IMG/VR virus record: IMGVR_UViG_3300042511_000879 | Span: 172,072-236,071 of that record | Length of the DNA stretch: 64,000 bases | Reading direction: 5' to 3' (one strand) | Shown: in pieces, positions 43,726 to 52,454 of the stretch | Numbering within the stretch: the stretch's first letter is position 1 | How the letters are laid out: every line of letters begins with the position of its first letter | Program-made: the position numbers and the translations under genes | Notes under the pieces: model-generated | Database searches by the model: none | Seen by the model: only the letters and a program-made list of their open reading frames with translations | Told to the model about the DNA's origin: nothing

Positions 43726-45044
43726 TACTTGTTTTTTTAAATTGTTCAGGATATAAAATAGTGTAATTTCTGGTTATGCACCATTTTGCATACATTAATG
43801 GAATTCCCCAGAAATATTTTAAGACAGGTTTTACAAAACGGTGTCCATTGTAATCTCCTACTAATAAATAACTATCAACAGTATAATCATGGTCTACTTC
43901 CCATTTAATAATTCCGTCCATTATTTTACGTATTTAATTTTAGTTTTTATAATGGCTAGCATTTGTTTCATTTTATCATAGTGGGGTCCTCCACCTGATA
44001 ATCTTCTAAGAGTTCCACCTTCTATAAATTCATCATTGATTATTGCATGCAGTTCCTTTGAAGTTTCAGCAGCTTCGATTCTTTCACTAACCTCTTCGGC
44101 CCTGTCCCAGAATAATGTATTGGACTTTGACATGCTAACCATAAGTAGGGCAATAGCAGTAAATGGAATTGACATTAGGCTTGAAAATTTAAGAGATGTC
44201 ACTGGATTTGTAAATACATCTTCAGGTCCTCCCATTGCTTGAGAGAGTCCAAACCATATTATAAATACGACCGTTGTCATTATTGCATACCATATTGGAA
44301 GTGCAAGGTACCATTTTAAGTTTGATAGTTTTTCCATGATTAAACTAGTTTAGCTATTAAATCTATTAATAATTGTTTTTTAATTTCAAGTTCAATTATG
44401 CTTTCGGCTAATTGTTTACTTCTTAATACTGAATGAATATCATCACATGATTCTTTACTCATTGATAACATTAATGCATTTTGTTTTGTGCAAACTTTTT
44501 GTAATTCGTCTAGCATAGTCTTATTTTTTAATTATTGCTTGCATTTACGCATGCTGTTTTTATATTTGTTTAAGTGTTAAATTAATATGTTTGATTGAAC
44601 CTATTTTTGTACCTTTGAAGACTATATCCTCGTTAATAATTAGACCCATTTGAATTAACCAATCGATTTCATTTGGAATTGGTAAGGGTTTCCATGGTTT
44701 TCGTTTGCCATCGTATCTTATACGAAGTTCTAAAAGTAATTCTCCATAAGCCCTATCATTATAGATTGTTGCATTATTAAAGACCTCTTTGAACCATAAG
44801 ATGTTAGACAAATGTTGATGTCCTATTCGATTAAATCTTTTACGTTTTCCAAATGCGGTTGTCCAATATCCCATGCTTTTATTTTTTAATTATTGCTTTT
44901 GCAACCTTCTTTTTGCCATTAATACCTATCACTGTGATTTGGGTCTTTGTATTAGTGAATTCGTAATCGGTGCAACCTAAGTGGCTTAATTGACCCATTG
45001 CTTCTGATACTGTATTGAACTTAAATGTCGTCATATTTCTTTGT

Positions 45045-45125
45045 TTTAATTAGATATGTAAATATAATCAACTTTTTTGAATCCGGAAACTATTTTGTGT
45101 TAATTTTTTGTTAAAGTTATTAACA
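45045..45125 (-). promoter_or_regulatory. Early-promoter cassette copy
   Basis: Same repeat. Confidence 0.75.
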
Positions 45126-45549
45126 TATTGCAAAAGTGCTAGCCTTATATTTCTTGTCCAATGCTCTGGCTGCCCCGTGGGGTTTGGGATTCCAACTTAG
45201 TTTAATGCATAGTATGGCTATCAAGATACTATTTTTACATCTTGTGAATAAAATATAATTTTTCATATTACATTACAGGTGAAAAGTGAGCAACTAGAGC
45301 TGTAAGTATTAAGACAATAATACAGCATAATGCAAACTGGAGATTGCTTTTTACATTTTGTTTCATGGCGTTTATTATTAATTTTTAAATGGTACAAGTT
45401 TTTATAAATCCTCGGATTTATCTTTATGCTTTATTTTCTTATAATACTTCTTTTTATTACGATACGGTGCCGGTACTTTTAGGGCATCAAACCATTCCTC
45501 TAATGTGAAGTTTATTTTTGTAAGTTTTTTCTTTTCCATGGTGTTTAAT

Positions 45550-45622
45550 TTAATTAGATATGTAAATATAATCAAAAAACTCCAGACGGTAAAATCTGGA
45601 GTGTTAAAATTATGTTAAAGTT
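45550..45622 (-). promoter_or_regulatory. Early-promoter cassette with hairpin
   Basis: CTCCAGA-TTTTACCG-TCTGGAG-TTTTTTG. Confidence 0.8.
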
Positions 45623-45623
45623 T

Positions 45624-46133
45624 TTAATCTATGTTTTTGAATTCCTCAAACATTTTAATTCTCTGCATCTCATTAAGATAGCCAGAATTTAGTACATATT
45701 TCTTAAATACATTTATTGGTGTTTGATGTCCATTACTTTCAAAGTGAATATTAAAATTTCCAGGATTCTTTTTAACCCATTCAATTGTCCCTTCAGGGTT
45801 AATTAAATTATCCCTCTTACCAAGAATAACAGTATGATTTGCTTTCATACTTCCAATTTGTACTGCTGGTTCCATTGAACGACTATGAACTGCTGGATTA
45901 AAAAGAATAGTTGGTATTCCAGTGATTGTTGAAAGACAATATGCAAACCATCCTCCCATTGAGCTTCCAATTAAAACGTCTGGTCTATTATTTTGTATCT
46001 TTGCTAAGATTTCATTAAACATCCCAGGATTTTTGTAGTCCATTACAGGACATTCGGCATCAAACTTTGCTAAGAACTCTGACTTTTGACTCCTAGCTTT
46101 ACTTTCAAGACCATGTAAAAATAGTGCTTTCAT
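45624..46133 (-). CDS. YqiA-like alpha/beta hydrolase with C-terminal IKMFEEF motif
   Basis: FLHGLES, GSSMGG, LFNPA and GH motifs. Confidence 0.85.
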   Translation of the reverse strand: MKALFLHGLESKARSQKSEFLAKFDAECPVMDYKNPGMFNEILAKIQNNRPDVLIGSSMGGWFAYCLSTITGIPTILFNPAVHSRSMEPAVQIGSMKANHTVILGKRDNLINPEGTIEWVKKNPGNFNIHFESNGHQTPINVFKKYVLNSGYLNEMQRIKMFEEFKNID

Positions 46134-46134
46134 A

Positions 46135-46725
46135 CTATACCTTTGGTTTACCTAACATTACTTTTTCATGGGCTCCTCCACCTATAGTTCGACTATACCA
46201 ACCTCCGCCAGTTCCACCGTCTAGGTTTCCAATCCAATCGACCTTTTTACCCAAGACCTTTTCTACTGTTTCTTGGTCGGTTACAATAGGTACTTGGTAC
46301 TTATTAATTAAGATTTCGGCAATTTTACCAGAAACTTCTATATAATATCCAAGTTGTTTTAATTCTTTTCCTCGTCTATCCATATAATCTCTCTTAGCAT
46401 CTTTGGTTCCATCATGGCCAACTCCTGAGAATTTAAGTCCAAATCGGGTTTTTTCACCAAACATGATAACATCAAAATCATTACTGCCGTGAATATCTAT
46501 TCCCTCCCAATAGTTCCAATCAGGGTCTTTAAATACATCACTAGGTGATTGTACCTTGATATGTCCTCCAATCTCAGAGTACGCTGTACTAATAAGATTA
46601 AAGAATTCCTTTTCTAATTCTGTATCTTTAGTCGGTTTTAATATGACTGGTTTGTTTTTCTTAGGATTAAAAAGCTCTCCGCTTCTCTCTTCTATAAATT
46701 GTTCATATAGTTTAATTTTCTTCAT
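46135..46725 (-). CDS. Putative head-internal protein (possible GNAT-like fold)
   Basis: MKKIKLYEQFIEE; AYSEIGG, GHDG and YSRTIGG..HEK.MLG.P. Confidence 0.55.
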   Translation of the reverse strand: MKKIKLYEQFIEERSGELFNPKKNKPVILKPTKDTELEKEFFNLISTAYSEIGGHIKVQSPSDVFKDPDWNYWEGIDIHGSNDFDVIMFGEKTRFGLKFSGVGHDGTKDAKRDYMDRRGKELKQLGYYIEVSGKIAEILINKYQVPIVTDQETVEKVLGKKVDWIGNLDGGTGGGWYSRTIGGGAHEKVMLGKPKV

Positions 46726-46735
46726 ATTCTATATA

Positions 46736-46800
46736 TTTTAATTATAGTGTAAATATAAACAAAAAACCTGACGCGGTAAAACTTTTTCAATAATTTTTTA
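46736..46800 (-). promoter_or_regulatory. Partial early-promoter cassette
   Basis: TTTTACCG...TTTGTTTATATTTACACTATAAT; hairpin broken. Confidence 0.6.
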
Positions 46801-46845
46801 CAAAAAGTTTAGATAAATAATCTAATCTAAAAATATTCATACATC

Positions 46846-46983
46846 ATGGCAAAAGGCACTACAGGAGGGGCTTTCAACGCAACTCCAAAAAAGAAAAGAA
46901 AAGGGGTTCATTCTAAAACTAAAAGTACTAAGAATAAAGGAGCCCAAAAATACAAAAAAGCTTATAAAGGCCAAGGTAAATAA
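46846..46983 (+). CDS. Small basic peptide ending YKGQGK (45 aa, not in the ORF track)
   Basis: MAKGTTGGAFNATPKKKRKGVHSKTKSTKNKGAQKYKKAYKGQGK*; has its own terminator. Confidence 0.75.
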   Translation: MAKGTTGGAFNATPKKKRKGVHSKTKSTKNKGAQKYKKAYKGQGK

Positions 46984-46996
46984 CCTTGGCTTTTTT
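46970..46996 (+). terminator. Intrinsic terminator overlapping the stop codon
   Basis: GCCAAGGT-AAATA-ACCTTGGC followed by T6. Confidence 0.8.
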
Positions 46997-47298
46997 ATTT
47001 AGCGCAAAAGTTCTCGTTTGTAGTATGCGCAAATGAATTAGGGTTTGCAGTTCCTGTATGTGTTGTATATTTCCCATACAACGGCTGGTTTTCTGGTCGA
47101 AAAGTCCAATCACACTGCGGAAACATTGGATTATATGGTGTATTTGGAGCAGTGTATGGCTGATACGGCAAGGTTGTTCCAGGACCAATCCATGGATTTG
47201 GATTTGGTAACCATTTAGTATTTTCAGTCTTTAATAAGACAACTGCTTCTTTAGCAGTTATTAATTTCTCGTCTAATAATCGTTGAACAATTGATTCT

Positions 47299-47553
47299 TT
47301 AGTTGGCATGATTCTCAAATTTTTCAAGATAGAATTCAACTGGATTAACTCCTACAAATCTTTCAAGTTCAACTCCATTCTCATTAATTAATACTACTGT
47401 TGGAATATTTCGGATTCCATACTTTTCGGTTGTTTCTGTGTCTGAATCTACTAAGATTTTTTCAACAGTAACACTTTCTGCAACTAATTCCATTTTTGGT
47501 GCTAATTGTTTGCAAGGTCCGCACCACGGTGCACTAAAATAAAGGTATTTCAT
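47299..47553 (-). CDS. Thioredoxin
   Basis: WCGPC active site and IPT cis-Pro motif. Confidence 0.92.
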   Translation of the reverse strand: MKYLYFSAPWCGPCKQLAPKMELVAESVTVEKILVDSDTETTEKYGIRNIPTVVLINENGVELERFVGVNPVEFYLEKFENHAN

Positions 47554-47595
47554 AATTTTATAAATTTTATATTATATAAAAAATGCGTGGTTTGT

Positions 47596-50286
47596 TTATT
47601 CTGGTTTGATCTTAACAGTAATGAATGTATCAAAACGTTCTTCTAATGATGTTATTGCATCAATAAGTGGCTGAAGGTCCATAACACCTTTTGCATCGGC
47701 TGTCATTTTGCTTACATCCTTTTTAACTCCAGTAACAGTTTCTTTAATATTGTTAAATGCTCCAGAAACAACATCTGCGGCAGCGCTAGTATTATCTCCT
47801 TGTTTTGCAACACTATCTTCAAGATTTTTAGCTGCTCCAGTAAGTTCTTTAACAGCAACCAGTAATTTATCGGCTAAGACTCCCATTGCAGATTGTCCAT
47901 TATTCTTGGCAAGATCCGTAAGGGCTTTAAACATGTTTGTAGTAGTTTCAATTGCTTTAACATTTAATGTTCGGCTTGCATTTGAAATCTTAGCGTAAGA
48001 GTTTGCAATACTACTTAATGATTTTGCGTTTGCAGTTAAATCATCAGCATCAGTGTCTCCGACAAATTTAGTAACGCTTTCAAATGCTTTAGAAACTCCG
48101 TTTGCTGATTTATTAATAAGAGCAAATCCAGTACCAACAGCAGTAAGCGGTGCTGCTAGTGTTTGTATTTGTGGTCCGAGCGTTGCAAGTTCCCTTAATA
48201 TATCAAGAGGTGAAGGAGTACTACCTCCGAAAAGAGATGAGATTCCATTAAAAATTGCTCCAACTGCTCCGGCTGCCGAACCAAGTAATCCTGCAACATC
48301 TCCACCAGCTACTGCAGCAGAAAATATTAACCAAGCGCCTCCTAAGGCAGCAACACCAATAGCAAGAGGAATCATATTTTCAATTCCAATTTCATCTTTA
48401 AATCGGGCAAATGCTGTGATAATAGCATTTACCGGCATCATTACAATATCGACAAATCCACTGGCAACTCCTTTAAGCGCTGGCATAGCCGGTGCTAATA
48501 AGGAAAGAATCCAACCAACTGCCACGATTGTTATTGCAATTACTATAATACCTAGTGCTCCTAAAAGAAGTGTCGCTGGACTCAATGCTTGTACAGCTAT
48601 ACCAACTCCCGAAATAACAATGGCAAATGCACCAATTGCTAAAGCGGCAGATAATGTCCAATCCATTGGTGGAGCAATAAATGTACCTGGTAACATTGAA
48701 AATAACAATGCAACTGCAATTACTGCGAATGATGCTACAACAACCCCTAATAGGGCTTTAAGCATATCACCCATACTTAATTTTCCAATACTTTTGCTTG
48801 AAAGATACATCATAGCTCCGAATAGGACAACAGAAAGTGCGGCTTTAAGACTCCATTCAGGTTCGGGTGCTTCAAATTTAATCCCAGCAAGTCCTTGAAA
48901 AATCCATGCGGTTGCAAGAACTCCAAATGCAATTATTGGAATTGCAACTGCCATAAATAACATTTCTTTCAGACTCATTCCACTGATTGCTTTTGAAATT
49001 ATATAAAAAGGAATTGCAAAAATAAGCATGGCAAAACCAGCTTTAAGAACCCACATAGGGTCTGGCGCTTTTAAATTGTCTCCTTCCGGAAGAGCCATAA
49101 AAATCCAAGATGTCAAAACAATACCAATTGCCATAACTGGAATTGCTACTGCACCAAATATAATATCTCTAAGAGAAGCTCCTTTGATAGCTTTCATAAT
49201 GAAATAAAATCCAACTGCAAAAAGTCCAATTGCAAGTGCAGATTTAAGAGTCCATATAGGATCCGGCGCCATTAAATTGTCTCCTTGCGGAAGCATCATA
49301 AATATAACTGAAATTGCTACTAATGATAGTGCTATTAATGGAATTGCCAAGGCACCATAAAGAAGTTCTTTAGGACTGGCTCCTTTAATTGCTTTCATAA
49401 TAAAATAAAAACCAACTGCAAATAATCCAATAGCAAGAGCAGATTTTAGGACCCATATAGGATCTGGAGCTATTAAATTGTCTCCTTTTGGTAATAACAT
49501 AAACGCGTAAGCTGCTCCAACAATACCAAGTGCCATTAATGGAATTGCTGCTGCTGCAAACATTAATTGTTCTTTTGTAATATCTTTGGATGCTTTAAGA
49601 ATCATTGAATATGCAAAAGCGGCTGGAATCATTATAACTGCAACTGCTAATGCTGTTAAAAATTGACCACCTGTAATAACTGGCATCAAACTAAATATTG
49701 CTCCACTTAATACTATAGATATTGCAATTCCTACCATCGCAAGAGTCGTTGCTCCTGCAAGTGCAAACATAGATTTTGGTTTACTTAAATCTACTCCCTT
49801 TCCATTTCCAGCAAGGTCTTTTTGTCCACTAAGTACTTCTGCTATTTTAACAAATGTAGGTGCAATAAGTGCAAAAATACCTGCAACTGCAAGTACTGTA
49901 AGTAATTGTCCTATTGAAATAACTGGAACTAATGTAAATATTGCAGCTGCTCCAACAATTGCTCCAGCAACTCCAACTATCATTAGCGCTGTTAATCCAA
50001 CATCTTTAGCCGACATTGGGGAGAACATTCCTCCTCCAGCGCCACCTTTTGCTCCAGCGCCTGATGCTAATACTTTATTCTGCTCTCTTAAGATGCTTCG
50101 AATATCGGTAAGTATTGTTGTTTGTTTTTTAAGCTCATCTGAAGTGGTCTCTCCGGATTTACTACTCGTTCCGTTAAGAACAACTTCAGCGATTCTATTA
50201 AGAATAACCGCAGTTGCTTCGGTAGCGTCTTGAATTTTATTTAATGGGCTTGTTAGTAATCCAATTTGTTTATTGCTTTGAGTCAC
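47596..50286 (-). CDS. Tape-measure-like protein with hydrophobic ~70-aa repeats
   Basis: Repeats AIP..A......LP.GDNL.APDP.W.LK; lies downstream of tube and chaperone genes. Confidence 0.7.
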   Translation of the reverse strand: MTQSNKQIGLLTSPLNKIQDATEATAVILNRIAEVVLNGTSSKSGETTSDELKKQTTILTDIRSILREQNKVLASGAGAKGGAGGGMFSPMSAKDVGLTALMIVGVAGAIVGAAAIFTLVPVISIGQLLTVLAVAGIFALIAPTFVKIAEVLSGQKDLAGNGKGVDLSKPKSMFALAGATTLAMVGIAISIVLSGAIFSLMPVITGGQFLTALAVAVIMIPAAFAYSMILKASKDITKEQLMFAAAAIPLMALGIVGAAYAFMLLPKGDNLIAPDPIWVLKSALAIGLFAVGFYFIMKAIKGASPKELLYGALAIPLIALSLVAISVIFMMLPQGDNLMAPDPIWTLKSALAIGLFAVGFYFIMKAIKGASLRDIIFGAVAIPVMAIGIVLTSWIFMALPEGDNLKAPDPMWVLKAGFAMLIFAIPFYIISKAISGMSLKEMLFMAVAIPIIAFGVLATAWIFQGLAGIKFEAPEPEWSLKAALSVVLFGAMMYLSSKSIGKLSMGDMLKALLGVVVASFAVIAVALLFSMLPGTFIAPPMDWTLSAALAIGAFAIVISGVGIAVQALSPATLLLGALGIIVIAITIVAVGWILSLLAPAMPALKGVASGFVDIVMMPVNAIITAFARFKDEIGIENMIPLAIGVAALGGAWLIFSAAVAGGDVAGLLGSAAGAVGAIFNGISSLFGGSTPSPLDILRELATLGPQIQTLAAPLTAVGTGFALINKSANGVSKAFESVTKFVGDTDADDLTANAKSLSSIANSYAKISNASRTLNVKAIETTTNMFKALTDLAKNNGQSAMGVLADKLLVAVKELTGAAKNLEDSVAKQGDNTSAAADVVSGAFNNIKETVTGVKKDVSKMTADAKGVMDLQPLIDAITSLEERFDTFITVKIKPE

Positions 50287-50338
50287 CTATTGTCGATTTT
50301 TTTGGGATAAAGGTTTTATCTTTGTTATATATCCAAAT

Positions 50339-50363
50339 AAAAAAGGGCCCGATTAGGGACCCT
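50339..50363 (-). terminator. Intrinsic terminator
   Basis: GGGTCC/GGGCCC hairpin followed by T6. Confidence 0.65.
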
Positions 50364-50368
50364 TTGTT

Positions 50369-50617
50369 TTACATTTTCGGCATGCTAATATTTGGCATTT
50401 TCATGTTAGGCATTTTCATATTACCCATCATTCCTGATGCTGCATCATTTTGATTAGTGTTCTGTTTATTCTCCTCCTTAATATGCTCTATCAAGTCTTT
50501 AACAAGATAATGGAATTCATAGTATTCCATTCTCTCAAGTTCCGATGGTTGCGTATGGAGTTTAAGATATATTTGAAACTTCGTTTTAAAGAAGTTCTCC
50601 AGCGATATCTTGAACAA
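50369..50617 (-). CDS. Baseplate/tail assembly chaperone C-terminal part (gp51/T-like)
   Basis: SLENFFKTKF..H..SELERM.YYE pattern; overlaps the upstream ORF in the +1 frame. Confidence 0.55.
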   Translation of the reverse strand: MFKISLENFFKTKFQIYLKLHTQPSELERMEYYEFHYLVKDLIEHIKEENKQNTNQNDAASGMMGNMKMPNMKMPNISMPKM

Positions 50618-51560
50618 TGAAAAGAGATTTGATTCCGTCGCGAAAACTGATGGGAACCTCTTCCTCCTCGTCCCCTAATTGTACTAGCATGTTTGGTTGA
50701 ATTCCGACTTTCATTTTTTCAGCCAACGTATAAACCAGATTGTATTTTTTATTTGTCCAACCGTTTAATTCAATTTCAAATTCAAAAATTGTTTTGTCAT
50801 TAAAAGTTCTCCAATCTTTGTGTAAGTATGGAATGATTTGAAGTACTGACTGGTCAACTTTAAGTCCTTTTTGCTGCTTTTCTTTAATATATGCAGTAAT
50901 TTTTTGCATAACTCCGATAGCAGGTGGTTTCATTTCAATAGTACCAAATGAACGCGTTTCAACTTGAAATGATTTTGTTTCAGAATCATAATATTTGTCA
51001 AGTTCTGTTGGAATTTTAAAGTATTGAAAATAATCTTTTTTAATTTCAATATCATGCTTCTCTCCTTTTTTGCTAGTGTGCTCAATTTTTAAGTTTGATT
51101 CTGGCTCTGGAAAAGTTAAGTCTCTAATAGAAAGAATAACGTAAAAACGGTCCTCTTCTAAAAGGTCTTTATAAGATAATCTTTTTATTGAACATGTAAT
51201 TCTTGTACATGAATCTACTATTGTATTCAGTTTTTCATCGATATCTAACACGTTGGTCTCATCAATCGTTGAAAAATGTCTAACTTCTGCAACTTTAGCA
51301 GATCTAATTGAAAGTTCGGTTCCTTCCGGGTAAAACATACCACCTGAAGGTAATGAAAGTAATGGAATTGTGTGGTAACCTAGGTGAAAATCTGCATCTT
51401 CAGCTTTATCTCCAGTAAATCTTTGCATGTTAACTTTTCCTAGATTTAAGGGTGCCTCTTGTGCTGGTTCCGGAACTTCTACATAAACCTCTTGGTTTTC
51501 TACAGACTGAACCATATTTTTATATTGTTCTTCTAGATTTGAATCATTTTCTGTATTCAT
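50586..51560 (-). CDS. Baseplate hub/tail assembly chaperone (T4 gp26-like)
   Basis: LPSGGMFY, IR...E and DL..EDRFYVILSIR motifs; position after the tail tube. Confidence 0.7.
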   Translation of the reverse strand: MNTENDSNLEEQYKNMVQSVENQEVYVEVPEPAQEAPLNLGKVNMQRFTGDKAEDADFHLGYHTIPLLSLPSGGMFYPEGTELSIRSAKVAEVRHFSTIDETNVLDIDEKLNTIVDSCTRITCSIKRLSYKDLLEEDRFYVILSIRDLTFPEPESNLKIEHTSKKGEKHDIEIKKDYFQYFKIPTELDKYYDSETKSFQVETRSFGTIEMKPPAIGVMQKITAYIKEKQQKGLKVDQSVLQIIPYLHKDWRTFNDKTIFEFEIELNGWTNKKYNLVYTLAEKMKVGIQPNMLVQLGDEEEEVPISFRDGIKSLFIVQDIAGELL

Positions 51561-51563
51561 AAA

Positions 51564-51782
51564 TTATTTGTTTTTAAGTTTTTTAATGTCGATTTTATTA
51601 AATTTGGTTATTGTATCTGCTCTCTTGTCTATTTCGGTTCTTATAACATCTCTAATAAATGCTGAGATTGAAATTGGTCTTTGTCCTGTTTCGATAGCTT
51701 CAGTAAGTATTATTCGATTAATTAAAGTTACTTCATCTTCTGATAATAAGACCTGTAACTTTTTGGTTAGTTTATCCATCAA
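51564..51782 (-). CDS. Small ribbon-helix-helix-like protein
   Basis: KLQVLLSEDE...SISAFIRDVI. Confidence 0.5.
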   Translation of the reverse strand: MMDKLTKKLQVLLSEDEVTLINRIILTEAIETGQRPISISAFIRDVIRTEIDKRADTITKFNKIDIKKLKNK

Positions 51783-51817
51783 TATATTATATTATCATTA
51801 TATTATGTTTTTGTTTC

Positions 51818-51853
51818 AAAAAAATATAGGGAACAAATCAATTATTCCCTATA
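51818..51853 (-). terminator. Intrinsic terminator after the tail tube gene
   Basis: TATAGGGAA/TTCCCTATA followed by a T-tract. Confidence 0.7.
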
Positions 51854-51866
51854 CTTTATAAAATAA

Positions 51867-52421
51867 TTATGCTAGAACTTCTTTCCAAGCATCACATCTC
51901 CATCCTACTTCTAATGTAGCAGCATCCTTAGAATCGTAATTTAATTCAGTAGTAAAACCTAAAGCTGAAGAAATTTGGCAATCTTCTAAAGTTACTGTTC
52001 TATAAATATCTCCAGCTCTGTTGAACTGTACGATAACAATAGTACCTACGTAATCTTTTTTAAGACCCATTGTACCAGTATTCGGATCGTATCTTAAGTT
52101 ATACCATTGTCTCATTGCTTTGTATAAATAAGCTTGATTTGCTTCATTTAAGTTTAATGAGAAGTTAATGGTTACATCAACTGCAGTTCCATCAGGCATA
52201 CCAGCGAACGATCTAGTAACCCATTTGTATTTTTGTTCTACTGCAGCAATGTCTTTATATAATTCTAATCCTGAGATTGAATTAACGTGCTGTAATAAAA
52301 GTGGAGCATCTGCAACACCAGCTGGTGGAAGTATTGTAACTTCAAACAGGTTAGGCTGGATTGGTTCAAAATTTCTACCTTTTCTAGACGTTTGGTCTTG
52401 ATTATAGTGTGGTAATCCCAT
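51867..52421 (-). CDS. Tail tube protein (T4 gp19-like)
   Basis: EP...NLFEV, W....YDP.TG.MGLKKDY and LNY motifs; follows the sheath gene. Confidence 0.85.
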   Translation of the reverse strand: MGLPHYNQDQTSRKGRNFEPIQPNLFEVTILPPAGVADAPLLLQHVNSISGLELYKDIAAVEQKYKWVTRSFAGMPDGTAVDVTINFSLNLNEANQAYLYKAMRQWYNLRYDPNTGTMGLKKDYVGTIVIVQFNRAGDIYRTVTLEDCQISSALGFTTELNYDSKDAATLEVGWRCDAWKEVLA

Positions 52422-52454
52422 GTTAATTAATTTTTATTTTTTTATATATCACGA

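Noticed and set aside
47708-48898. Plus-strand ORFs of 96 and 281 aa
   Set aside because: Antisense shadows of the Ala/Ile/Gly-rich tape-measure gene; the other plus-strand ORFs in the track are rejected for the same reason.
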